DNA from: Antedon mediterranea
Taxonomy: Eukaryota > Animalia > Echinodermata
NCBI RefSeq assembly: GCF_964355755.1
Contig: NC_092673.1
Span: 23,619,648 to 23,683,647 of the forward strand
Reading direction: 5' to 3'
DNA: 64,000 nucleotides
The position numbers were made by a program, and so were the translations under genes. The notes under the pieces were generated by a model. The model did not search any database, was not told the origin of the DNA, and saw only the letters and a program-made list of their open reading frames with translations. Positions 33,632-46,475 of the stretch are shown in pieces (positions within the stretch are counted from its first letter, which is position 1; each line of letters begins with the position of its first letter).

Positions 33632-33934
33632 CAAATTATCACCTAAAGTTGTAGAGGTACTATTCACCATTTGTTTATTACATGCCTGGCCTCTAGGAAA
33701 ATCTGTTTCTTATCTGAATCATATAAAAAAAAAATTGTTTAAAGGTTTGCATAGCGATATTAAGCAATATAATGATATAAATTTTGCGGTACAACACATG
33801 TAGTTCTGAAAAGAATTGCTTTGATCAATAAACTTTGGTTATCCTCACACTCTCAATTCTGAGGACAAACAAATCCACCAATACAAACAATAATCGTCAT
33901 GTTCCGCAAACTTTATATCATTAGATCAGAAAAT

Positions 33935-34128
33935 AAATCCAAAGGCTAATAACTTTAAAAATGACAATGCTGTTGGTATCAGTGGTTGGATCTCAATGGA
34001 GATACAAAATAAAATAAGCACTGAAAAAATGACAATGCTGTTGGTATCAGTGGTAGAATCTCAATGGAGATACAAAATAAAATAAGTAAAAAGCTAAAAC
34101 AAAATGATAAAGTAAAACAGCTAGAAAG
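33935..34128 (-). mobile_element. pLTR-like fragment of the family at 8988-9150, with internal tandem duplication
   Basis: aaaatgacaatgctgttggtatcagtggt...atctcaatggagatacaaaataaaataag present twice in tandem. Confidence 0.65.
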
Positions 34129-35443
34129 AAATTCAGAAAGAAAATAGATATGTCTAGATACCTACCCTCAAATGATTGAATGAAACATGTATGTTTTCAA
34201 AAGACATTTCTCATTTAAAAAAAGGTTTTCCGGCAAAAGAACAAATTGATTTTCAACATTTTGAATGGCAGTGAGTAAAGATGGACGATTTTATGAAATA
34301 TGGATTTCAGTATTTTCGAAACTTTTGTGCAGGAAAAAATGTTCTCCGATGAAAATCAAGAAAAACAATTGTCCAGTTTCCTTCTGGTACCAACATTCGT
34401 GCAACTAAAAGTCTGTACTTAAAACTACTTCGACTTTGCTATTCATGCATAGACAATTGTTGGAAGATTTTTTGTTTTTCTCGTTTTTGAAGAATAAAAA
34501 GTCGTATTCTAAATCGTTCAAACAAAGATCGAAATGTCACTAGTAGCGATTTGATTAAAATCCAATACTGTGATGCAATTACAGAATATATCGTTTGTGA
34601 AATGTCCATTGGAAGCCAGTTGTCAACAAATAGCAACAGTTCAACTTGCGTCATTTCTAAACGGAGGATGTTTACACAACTAACACAGTACAGTAGAGCC
34701 ATTGCTTTGGAACAATGCTAATCGGTGGACACTTTGTGCCTTGGCTTTTGTTCTACTGGTGACTGTATATTCTCATTTTACGTTTTAGAACCAGAAAACG
34801 CTAAAAAGTTACAATACTGTGGTTTTTTAACTTTGTATGCACCGCACAAATGTATGCATAAAAAAATTGGAACAGCTAGCCAGTGGAGCAGTAGCTTTTA
34901 ACTATGAAGTTTGCTCTTATGGAATAAGAAATAATCTGCATCGTTGATTTTTAAAGAAATGCAAAAACATTTCATGGTTTTTTATTCTTGTTGATCTGGA
35001 TATACGAACTGAGGTCGTGGGTTCGAGTTCCACCTGATACAGTTACTTAGGTACCTGACACAAAGCTACATGTGTTTCACAACATTTTCTTCTATTTTGA
35101 AGCAATTAAAGATTACCTCTGTAAAACATTATAAGATATCTTCAACGTAATGTGCAATTTAACATTAGAAAACTGTAAACCACTCTAGAAATATGTTTTT
35201 CAATATTCAATATAGGCCTCCTACACCATTAATCAAACTCAACACATCATTCGAAAATATTAAAACATTTCAACAACAAGTCCTGTTAGAATTCATGTTT
35301 TTAAATCGATAGTGCTTCAATAGTAGCTGTCCATAAATAAATTAATCAGGATATAATTATTATATCCATAAGCTTGTTTATATAAAAGTTGTTGAACTGA
35401 TTTTATGACACAACACTTCTTTAGTTATGTTTGGTAGATAGTT

Positions 35444-35795
35444 ACCATATTTATTCAAATAAAGGCTCCGGGGAGTTTTAATGTGGGATTTTATTCGGAG
35501 GAGGTTTTCTTTTTTTTATTTTATCAAATAAAATAGCCCATAGATATCAAGATAAAATACAGTAAAAATTGTATCAAAATGTTTGGTAAATTGTAAGTCA
35601 TGTCAAATAATGAATTCTACTACAAATAGAAATGTGTTATAATACGTCAATATTGTGTATATAATGCATGTGGCAGGCCGTTTATTCGGGGAAATCAATA
35701 AAGGTCCCGGTCGTTTATTCGAGGGTTTTGGGGCCGTTTATTCAAAGTGTTGAGGGATTTATTTAAAGTGGGGCGTTTATTTAAATAAATACGGT
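35444..35795. mobile_element. Tc1/mariner-like MITE (CCGTATTTATT-type termini)
   Basis: accatatttattcaaataaagg.. / ..ggcgtttatttaaataaatacggt, with internal gtttattc subrepeats. Confidence 0.55.
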
Positions 35796-37329
35796 GACAT
35801 TTTGTGACCATATATTCTTTTCACATTTAACATCATAATATATTCCCTAATTTGACTCTGAACAGTTTCAGTATTCATTGCACTGTACACTACATATGGC
35901 ATTAATAGTATATGTCCATTATCACAGGCTTTAATTTCTATGGTACAGTCGTCACATGTGATACACTGTTTGTGACACTTGCCTATGATACTGTACACAT
36001 TATGATGTATGATAATTATTTCGATTATTAACGTAACATATTATTAGCGTAAAAATCATGTCTCTCGCAGCTGTTTTTTCTGAAAAACATAATTTTACGA
36101 GTATAATATTATAGTCATATCAAATGTGATCCTGCAAAGTAGCATTGGCACTTTTAAGAAAGGGGTTCCAGACCAAAGACACGATTGGAGCCGGAGGTTA
36201 CATGGAGAGTAAACTAAAGGATCTCATCTGTCATAGAGTCACAAAATATAAATGAATAAACCCTGATTAGTTTGTTATTAACTAAAAGTACATCAAGGTA
36301 ATTAGAAAAAATTGAACTGAATGAGAGAAGACTGTAGGATTGCGCTCTGTTGAAATAAACATCTGGTTTCCACATTTTGGCTTTCTGAACCGTAAAACGT
36401 GTTGTTTACCGTATTACACTAGACACTCTCTTTTGGGATACCTCTATTCAGGAAGACACCCCAATTTTAGGGACACTTTTTTCACTTAGAAATATTGTTA
36501 TGGCTTATTAACAAACTGTTCTATTAAATCATATTAGGCGTATATTTTATTTTCTGAATTATTAATAGTTTTATGACATAAAGAAAAGTTAGTAACATTG
36601 AAAGCCTATTTGTACTAACAGCTGACAATAGCTGGTCACACACTTAGGAATTCAGTGTTGTATACGAAAAGGATCACTAACCATAAATGGTTAAATTCGG
36701 TTGTAAATCAGCCATAGTGCCTTCTCCATACTGCATTTCTTTCCTTTTTAAAAATATATGTTGTATTTTAAAAGTGTGCTTATGTTGATTGCTATACAAT
36801 TTTATAATAAAATAAAAACTTAAATTAACCTGTTTTGTGACTGATTTATTTGTAATGCTAATAATATGTGCTACTGTAAGAGGCCATGAAGGAACCTTGT
36901 GTTTCATAACAGGGGCGGACCCAGGAGGGTTGTTGCCCTAGTGGCCCGGGCAACATCCTTAATTTCATACTAAATGTTGTTTCTGCCACTAAATTAAAAT
37001 TGAGTCATATTTCATCGTATACAATTATTCATCCGGACCCGGAACTTGATAGGCTTAGTAATATAGTAGTTACAGAGTTGCAGAGCATTTTATCATTGTT
37101 GCATGTTTTGATGTTAGCTTTTTGTTAAATTTGGTAAAAGAAGTGATGCTGGCCCCAACGAATTTAACGACCTTCACAACCAAAATATTTTATTGTAACA
37201 AAATTTATTTTAAATGGAACGCTACAAAAATAATCCTCCGCTTCATCACAGCATGAATATCTAATAAGAATGTAACTTTGTTACGTTTTACTATCAATCC
37301 ATTTTCATATCACGCAATCCAACGGGAAT

Positions 37330-37775
37330 AGTTTTCCGGGTGGTAGTTGTCCACAGGGGCAGCTGTCCGTCCGGGTGGTAGTTATCTACAGATATAGATG
37401 TCCGGGTGGTAGTTGTCTACAAAGATAGTTTTCCGGGTCTTGTGGTAGTCACAACATAGATAGTTGTCCGGGTGGTAGTTGTCCACAGAGACAGTGGTCC
37501 GGGTGTTAGTTGTCTACAGAGATAGTGGTCCGGGTGGTAGTTGTCCACAGAGACAGTTGTCCCGGCGGTAGTTGTCTACAGAGATAGTTGTCCGGATCTG
37601 GTGGTAGTCATCAACATAGATAGTTGTCCGGGTGGTAGTTGTCCACAGAGACAGTTGCCCGGGTGGTAGTTGTCCACAGAGATAGTTGTCCGGCTGATAG
37701 TTGTCCACAGAGACAGTTGTCCGGGTGGTAGTTGTCCACAGAGACAGTTGTCCCGGCGGTAGTTGTCCAGAGACA
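37330..37775. repeat. 31-bp minisatellite (gtccgggtggtagttgtccacagagacagtt)n
   Basis: About 13 degenerate units; explains repetitive ORFs 37514-37870 and 37576-37800. Confidence 0.9.
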
Positions 37776-40771
37776 GGTACAGTATCCAGATCATGAACAC
37801 TTAAGCATGTTGCGTAAGTTATGCAAGGGATTCCCAAGTCCCAACCCAAAAACGCACGTGCGTAAGCCATATTTTTCAGTTAAAAAACAATTTTATAGAC
37901 TAATTTTCAAACAATTACATATTAGTGTACCCTAGCTTTCCAACATTTTTAGAAATGTACATACATTTTTCTTTACCCAAATATTCGCCTTTATTGCGCG
38001 ATTACGGTGGATATTTTGCATGCAATCATGATGTCGCTTTGCGTGGCAAAAAATAAACACTGACTGTGAATCTGGCACACATAATTGTACGATATGCGTG
38101 TTTCAAAAATTTTAGATAAAAAAGTATCAATGGTTACAAATGACCTGCTCCAGACAACTTAAATTGGTATATGGATGGGTTAATAACGTTTTCTTGTAAA
38201 TTAACGGACTGCAGTCGGAAAGTCAATGCATGGTACTAACAAGTGAAATATTGTGCTAATGTTGCTAAGAACAGTTTGATGATGGTTAACCATTACCTTG
38301 TTGAAATACTAAGATACATCTATTGAAAATAACTAGGTTAATTCACGCTGCCACCGTATGATATGAGATGGATCTGCGCGGAAGAAACCCTTTGCACTCA
38401 GCTTTGACCTTATCAAAATGCTGTTAATCAAAAATTTACACAGCGAGGGAAGAATAATTATTTCTGTGTAACACCTTATTCATTGACATTCAAATTTCCT
38501 CTTATATGTTACTTGCTATAATTACCCACGGTGAGTAATTGTTTTGAAAACGATAGGATACATTTAACTAGGATGCTTTTCCGTGTGAGAAAGAAGTAAT
38601 GATATAATTTGCCCTTATTCGCTAAGATATCTCCAAATGTATTATTACTAATAACAGTATTCGCGTCCATAATTATTGTCCTGCAATTATACCCTAGCAG
38701 TACCGTATTTATATTCTAGTAGTATTTTAATTAGTATTCACAGCCTCATCACCGAACGTTGTGTACTTCGCCTGGGCTTCTTTCCCGATAAAAAAAAGTA
38801 CACAAGATCGCTCCAATAATTCCTGTTAATGTAATTGCTTTTTTATGTTTGCTTGATTTGCCGTTTGTTTCAAATTGGAGGTGTTTTGTATACCTCCACT
38901 TTCTTGTATTCCAGTGTCGTTAGTATCGCACACCTGACAACTGTTACAGTAAGTACAATTTACAATCATAAACCGACAGCATGTTCAGATTTAGGACTGT
39001 CATTGCCATCATAAACTAGATTGATTACCCGATGATAGGTCTTTTAATATATCATTTATTATAGGCATAACCTCTTTTTTTCTAGTTTCGATATATATGC
39101 TAAACTCGGGGCTAAACTAACATAGTAATACTGTATTGACAAAATGTGAGAGAGCGGATAAAGTGGAACGAGAGAAGAGACAAATCGTAACAATTTAATT
39201 TTGTAAGTGAAGAAAAAAAACAACCATATTTATCTGTTTTTTTTTAACTGGACAGACTTGATCGAAGCGCAAGAATCCGTGTTAGCGCCCCTTATCGGCA
39301 CAATCATTAAACCAATCAGTGATACTTAATAAGTAAACCAATAAAGCAAGTGCAGCATACCATTATTATCATAACACGCCTCCTATATTTTAGCTTTTAA
39401 TGACCGACTCCCATGTGGAGAGAACAGATGCCATTGAAAGACCGAAGATGCCACGGCGCAACATAACAAATACACGTTTATATCGAGATCAATAACGGAA
39501 GATTTTGCTGACAAGTGTGAACGGAAACTAACGTATGGTGCAGGATTTTTACATTGAAAAATAAACTCGATAGAAATACTTCGTATAATCGATTTCGGAT
39601 GCTTTATTATGAAGTCACTGAACATACGTGATTCACTTCTATCAAAGTAAATAATTTAAAGAACAAACTATGGACTAAATTTAGATGCGTGCGGTAGGAA
39701 AAAAAAGGTAAGCTTCATTTTAATTAGCTACTTGACGTTGCATGTTTTAGATCAACCCAACTAACAAGGACCCTGATTTAATACGCAAATACGGTGAATG
39801 GTTTGCGCACTTAAGTGGATGTCTAAGTGTTTGTAACAGGATATGTAAGACATGTTACGTAACAATATATTCACTTAAAGTTTAGAGAAAAAATAGCATT
39901 GCATAATGCGCAATATGCCTAAGGTCTTGAACTAGAAAAACTGTGAACAATTTTGGTTTATTTTTATTATACGGTACCGAATGTAAAATAGCTATATGCT
40001 TCAACTAATTAAATTTACCAGAGTAGTTGTATAAAGTCCGGTATATTAGGTAATATCTCATGAACTTGGTTGAGATACTGACTATAAACAACAACAAAAT
40101 ATCGAAGATGGTAACTAGGCCTAATTTATGGTGAAATAGGAAAATCGACTCGACATCTTTAAAAGTTAAGAAAGCGCCATCAGTTTTAACTTGCTATATG
40201 TAACTTAAAATGTGATAAATCGCATGGTTTTTGCTTACTGATAGTTATAGAAGTACTTAGGCCTAAGTGAAAAACTCACGATTTTTGTATCAAAATGTAG
40301 GTCTGTACTGGTCATGTTTATGGTAAGTCATTTTGCTTGCAAGATGTATTGCCCCCAAACATACAAAAACACAAAAAACATACTTTTTTTTCACGTAAAT
40401 ATTTTATTTTAATTATTTAAGTTAATAACTATTAGCTTATGTGACTTACTATTATGTGACATTACATGTAATATTACACGCAAAAAAATAAATAAACATA
40501 AAGACTAAACGTAAAAAAGGGAAATTAATTTGAATAAATATTCATGAAGTTCTTCATACATTTGTTGTGATAATCTTTGTTTCTTGGAAATTAGTACAGT
40601 TTTTGCCAATCTACTTCAATTCCAGTATACAATAGGCCTTATTCGGTATTTCAAGTCCGTGTAATTATACGCAGTCAATGTGTGACGTTGATTGTCATCA
40701 TAAGATTCTATTCTCAAATGATCCAAAATGTAAATTCCACATAACTTGTTGTTATTGATACTTGGTGTTAA

Positions 40772-40908
40772 ACTCTCTGTCTACTTTACCAACAAATTTG
40801 ATGTGCCCGTGTAGGGACATGGTGATGTCAGTATCACTACCATATTTTGGCATATCACTAACATATTAGAGCACATCACACTAGTTTGATAGTGTAGACC
40901 GAGCCTAA
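40772..40908. mobile_element. MITE family A copy
   Basis: ctctgtctactttacc...gatgtcagtatcactaccata...ctagtttgatagtgtagaccgagcctaa. Confidence 0.7.
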
Positions 40909-41199
40909 GGAGGATATCCAACGTCTATTTATTTTCACAAATAACCTATCCATACAATATTTATTGAAGTGGTGATTCGATGTATAATAATCCATTTTGA
41001 AGATAGGTGTCCGAACGAGTTGCCGAACGATCAGTCATTATCGTACCGGTATATCAATGTTTTATACAATCGAAAGTTATCATATATAAAAATAGTAATA
41101 GAGATTTTTTCATTATTTTATTTTTTTTATTACACTTTATTTATAGAGGGTGACCCTAAACATCATATGCTGACAATCAAGGGGCCTCTTGATGAGTGA

Positions 41200-41380
41200 C
41201 AGTGGCTGTGTGTATAAATATTAATAGTACAGTTTAAGTGCACATGAGCCAGATGTGTACACTGGACCTACGGTTTATAGTCCTTTTCCGGGAAGACTCG
41301 TTCTACCACCAGAACCATAGAGCAAATGAGGCTTGAACCTTTGCCGATGTTATATGGCAAGGTATTACGGTTCCACTGTG
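41200..41380 (-). mobile_element. SINE copy (related to 4245-4440)
   Basis: tttaagtgcacatgagccagatgtgtacactggacctacggtttatagtcc...gaacctttgccgatgttatatggc. Confidence 0.5.
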
Positions 41381-42433
41381 AAACATAGCCTAATTGCTAG
41401 TAGGCCGTCACACGGAATAGAAGAACCGAGGTTTTTAAATGTAGGCCTACCGTTTGCTTTTCTATTCACGTCTATGTTTTGCGTGAAGTCCATTTGATTA
41501 TCATGAAGTTCAAACTAACCATCTTACAAAAAATGACTTTCATCACAGTAATAAATCACGTCGGAGGGTGATTTTAAAATCTACATATGGATTAGAGAGA
41601 TTAGCAGTTAAGTCAGCTTTGTAACAATGTTATTGTAAGTAAAATCGGAAGTCAGACATCAGTACTATCTAAAGAGCAATTAAAGTCAGTCATTTAGAAA
41701 GAAGAGTTACTCGAATATTTTTCATGTTGATTTGTGTCATGCCACATTTATTTTATAAATTCTGCAATAAATTTCACATTTAAATCGTAAAAGCTGTTTC
41801 CACCTGTGTGTTTTCAGCCATCAATCTAAAAATTGTCTTATATTTTTATTCATATAAACTAACTAACATCAACTCATAATTCTGCTGAGCTGTCGTTTTA
41901 TTAAAATCTTCTTTATTTTGAAATGTCTTCGCTCTACATAGTTACATATAGGCCTAGTTACTTTATTTATATTCTGTCCTGTATTATATGCAAATTCCGT
42001 GATACAACGGCACAAGTCTTTCACATGTGACGCCAAGCCCGTAGCCGGATTGTACAAGGGTAAGTCACAAGCTACTTTTCTCTATGTTGCAAAGGGCACT
42101 TCAGGCAATACCTTGTACCATAGGCCTAACCTAACTTGAAACTCACCACTGGTCCAGCAGTGGTCATACATGTGACACTGTATTATGGAATTTGCCTAAT
42201 ATAGGAAAACAATACCATATGTGAGATACAGTAAAGTTATTATTTCCTAAATAATTCCATTATTTGTATGTCATTATGAACGAAAATAAATTCAGGTTGA
42301 AATGCGTTGTCTTGTAGTAGGATAACTCTAATGCAGGCTTAGAATTCAGACTCAGTATTATACTTACACGCTCCCTACAGTTCAGATATAGTTGATCCTC
42401 AAGAAAATGTAATTTGCTGATCTGTAACTAGAC

Positions 42434-42588
42434 TAAAGCTCTGTCTACACTATCAAACTTTATGTGAGAAAAAGTGTGATGCGCCAAATATGGTTGTGAT
42501 ATTGCTCAAATATGGTAGTGATATGACATCATTATGTCCATATATGGACACATCACATTTTTGTTTGTTACATAACGTAGGCAGAGGT
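42434..42588. mobile_element. MITE family A copy
   Basis: taaagctctgtctacactatcaaacttt...tatggtagtgatatgacatcat. Confidence 0.75.
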
Positions 42589-45399
42589 TAATTTAAAACT
42601 TTCGTGATGGCTGGACTTGCTTCTTGCGTCCAGTCATCCCCATTGATTGCTAAATTGCAAGGGAAAGTAAGATTACACTTCGATTTTGGAAATGTTGTTT
42701 AGTTTTTTTTTTCTTTTACTTAGGCCTAGTTTGTTTACTTTGTTGTTGGCTTTATAGTGCTTATATGCCCTCTTGATGTTCCTTCTCACGTTCTCCTATA
42801 TGGATTTAAATATACTGATTATTTTCTTGAATGAGAAAGAAGAAAAATACAGGAAAACAATGGAAAAAAAGAATTATACAAAGGAAATTCACCAAAATTT
42901 ATCTTAGATTAGAACATTACGACGAAGCATCTTTTTTAAAGAGGGCTTATTTAAAGAGGCTTATTCGGGTTTATCGCTGTCCAAAAGTTAGGCTTGCCCC
43001 AAGTCTGTATAGTTATTTCGAGGCTTTTCGATGTTTTCAAGCTCAAGTAGTATACGTATGAAACGCCATATGTGTCAAATATTTATCTTTTTTCTAATAT
43101 TAAGTCAAAACTCCATGTTGAACCTGGACTATTGAAAAGTAAGTAAGGGTTATTATAAATGTTTTTGCTAAGGTGTATATCTTATATCAATAAACATGTT
43201 AAACCCGGAGATACCCTTTAAGGGTGATAAGGAATGAATATCTATCAACAGACGAAATGAACGAACTACGACTCCATATTGAACACATCTCTATTAGCAC
43301 CTCCTTGAAACTGACGTGAATACATCCTATAATAACACGATTGTTAAACTATTCAAGTGATTCAGGGTATTTTTATATATATTATCGGATTAGTTTTATC
43401 GGTACTAGACTCAATAACGTCATTCAGAATTTCGTTTAGGCTTTTCTGGTATATCTAATCTAAATGTTTACTAAATGTCGGAAGAAATTTTGAAACCCCG
43501 ATCGTCCACAGAATATTGAAGAAATATAAACAATTAGAAATATTTTTTTTATTAAAATAATTTAAAGTTTGTCACAGTACCCGATTATCCAGTTGTCACT
43601 AGATACGTCCTAACTGACGATAGTCAGTCATTGAAATACGAGTCTATGTGTATTAAATAATCAACTTAATAATATGTTTTCTATGTCAGTATATGGTACT
43701 GTTACTATAACATGAATATGAGTATTTATTTATATTATTATTATTATAAGCCTGTCTTCAGTTTTTGTTTTTGTGTGAACCGTAACTCAATGAAAATTAT
43801 TTTTGTGTTTTCAAAGCCAATATTCTACTCGATAGTTTAAATTAATTTATAAATTAGAATCAATCAATAACATTGATTTCCTGCTTTAGAAATACAATGT
43901 ATGATTAAAAAGTTTTGAATTATTAATGTTTATATTTCTTATAAGGAGGAGGACACGTTTCTTAAAAGCAAGTTTTTACAAGAAATTAGTAGGAGTAGTT
44001 CAAAACTTAGGCCTATATGACTAGATTCCTCCATAATTTCCTATCTGCCATTGTGACAGCCAGTACTTCTCTCTGCATACCAGTTAATCCGTCTCTAGTA
44101 CATCAATGTATGTTTTTTACAAGCCAATGTGTTGGCTACCACAGCTGCAGAACATCTGAAATAATTTCGTCGTTATTGCGAATAGTGGATATAAGCGCTT
44201 ACCAATTTAATATAGGATTTAACCAATATGAGGTGATACGTTACAATAATGCATGTGTAATCTGTATATAGTGCATTTTATTATTCGTCAATTTGCGTCA
44301 TTTTCACGGAATTGATATTTTTAAATATTAAACCATAATTGAGACGAGAATTAATCTTTTAATTTAAAAGAAAATTGAAAACAACAATAAGCTGCAATGT
44401 GTGGGAGTTGAAAAATATTATTTTTATTTTTCTAACATAATAGGAATAGATAGAAAGATAATACTATTGCTTCTGTAACTGCTTTTGTGTTTTAAGTATG
44501 AAGTAGGGAGGCGCGGAAGGTCCAGAGAGGACACACATAATATAGGCTATAGTCATATGTTCTAGACAGCGATTTTATATTGGTAAAACTATTTTAGCAC
44601 GAATGGCGTTTCATATGTATAATACTTGAGCCCCCGTATATAAAATATATCATAGGGCCTATCTGTAATAAGGAAAGGAATGAATACGGGTTAAAAAGAG
44701 TACATTGGATAACTAAGAACATGATGAAGTAATGGCAATAGTAATAATAATAATAAATAATAATTCATAAACATTTTTCCTACGAGTTCACGTCTTCTCT
44801 GCTTCAATCACCGTACCCATCTAGTTTGCGCTTGCGCATTAGGGAACATTTTAAAATCATATCTTTTAGATTTGTATTTGAATGGCAATTCATTTACAGT
44901 AAATTAGTCGTATAAACGCAACCGCTGCATCTCGAGGGAATCGACCAATCGTTTACATTTAATAAACAAAAAGTGATTGTATATTGAGGTTATAGGCCTA
45001 CATGCATCATTAAAACGTGGTGATAAGAACAGGTAGAATTGCTCAATAATACACAGTACTGTACGATAATTAATTAGACGGATTTTGAGATTTCTAATAC
45101 TTTACTGTATTTTATGTCTCCCCAGATCTAGTGACACTCAAACATCAGAATTCGCTTGTGTGGAGTGTTTGAATCAGTAATTTACATCATCTTCTCATTG
45201 AAGTCAGACTATATATTATGATGCCTAACCCTGAAAGTCTTAGCTTCTAGTGGCAACAATCCAAGATCCTCAGATACGAACAAATGCGACCTATCAACGT
45301 GTGCATTAGCATATTATACGTACTATTTACAACATAAAAACAAAACAGAGATCATTGTCCTCCATTGACACTGTAAGTTGAGTTTACGCAATCGACGTC

Positions 45400-45809
45400 A
45401 TGGCAGAAACGGAGGATATTAGTAGTTACGACTTAGATTTTAACTTCACTCTTATGGAAATAGAAGAAGAACCGCCGCCATACGTTCTTGTCTTCTTTGA
45501 GGTGCTGTTAATAGTCTTTGGTATACCAGGAAATATGTTAGTTTTGTATGTTGTTTTAAGGAACGGTGCAATGAAAACTGTTACAAATCTATATTTAGTG
45601 AACCTGTCTATCGCGGATTTGGTGTTCCTTGTTTTGGTTGTGCCAAGTCATATAATGCTGTTATTAAGTCACCCGATGCACAAGTACATCTGTAAGGCGT
45701 ACCAGTATGTTCTACGCGTTACATTGGCGTCAAGCATTCTCACCCTGGTGTCAATGGCTGCTGATCGATACTATGGAGTTATGTACCCCATGAAGTGCCG
45801 AATACACAG
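45400..45809 (+). CDS. Class A (rhodopsin-like) GPCR, first coding exon TM1-TM3; peptide-receptor-like (galanin/allatostatin/somatostatin-type motifs); remaining exons not recognised in window
   Basis: N-terminal NFT sequon; GIPGNMLV (TM1), MKTVTNLYLVNLSIADL (TM2), C..., SILTLVSMAADRYYGVMYP (TM3 DRY). Ends at cag|GTGAGT donor; upstream acceptor at 45125. Confidence 0.9.
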
Positions 45810-46330
45810 GTGAGTTTTAAAAATCCGTCTATATTTACTTGGCTTTACCATTTCATTTCTCTTTGGTCTTTCGGTATGTTTCATTTTGATACAATCTGTT
45901 TGATCTGATGATGGTAATTGGTAGTGATAATTGTACAGTAGTGATAACGGTACAGTACTCCAGTTGGTGTTACCGATAGTGAAGACAATTCTGTGATGAA
46001 GATGAAGACGTCGTGGTGGTGGCAGTTGGTCTCGTGCTGCCGATGATAATTCAGTTATTAGTAATCATAGTGATGAAAAAAAATGTTCTTCAGTTCTGCA
46101 ACAAGGGTTAGCGGACTCTGGAAAAACACGTCACAAACACAATACAAACTCGACCGCACTTCCATAATAAAATTGATTTTGAATCATGATTGTCTCTTTA
46201 AATGTCATCCTTCAAGATGATCGTTAAATCCACACAGGTGGCCGTCCGTCCGTATAGGCATTGTTGCTATTAAAGATTGTCCCATAAAGTATTCACTTTT
46301 TTAATTATTCTGTGAATCGTCGTTCTTGTC

Positions 46331-46475
46331 GTAAAGCTCTGTCTACACTGTCAAACTTGGTCCCATTTACGGACATGATGATGTCATATTACTACCATAT
46401 TTAAGCACATCACTGCCATGTTTGGGTACATCACACTTTTTTGTCTAACTAGTTTGATAGTGTAGACATAGCTTT
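46331..46475. mobile_element. MITE family A copy
   Basis: taaagctctgtctacactgtcaaact...actagtttgatagtgtagacatagcttta. Confidence 0.8.

Noticed and set aside
35005-35040. tRNA-like gaggtcgtgggttcgagttcc (B-box/T-arm)
   Set aside because: No cloverleaf or acceptor stem; likely a degenerate SINE head.
37330-37870. CRISPR-like periodicity and repetitive ORFs
   Set aside because: Head-to-tail minisatellite without unique spacers, in eukaryotic DNA, with no cas genes.
43613-43645. CTGACGA...GAAA...GTC hammerhead-like spacing
   Set aside because: Stems I and II do not pair convincingly.
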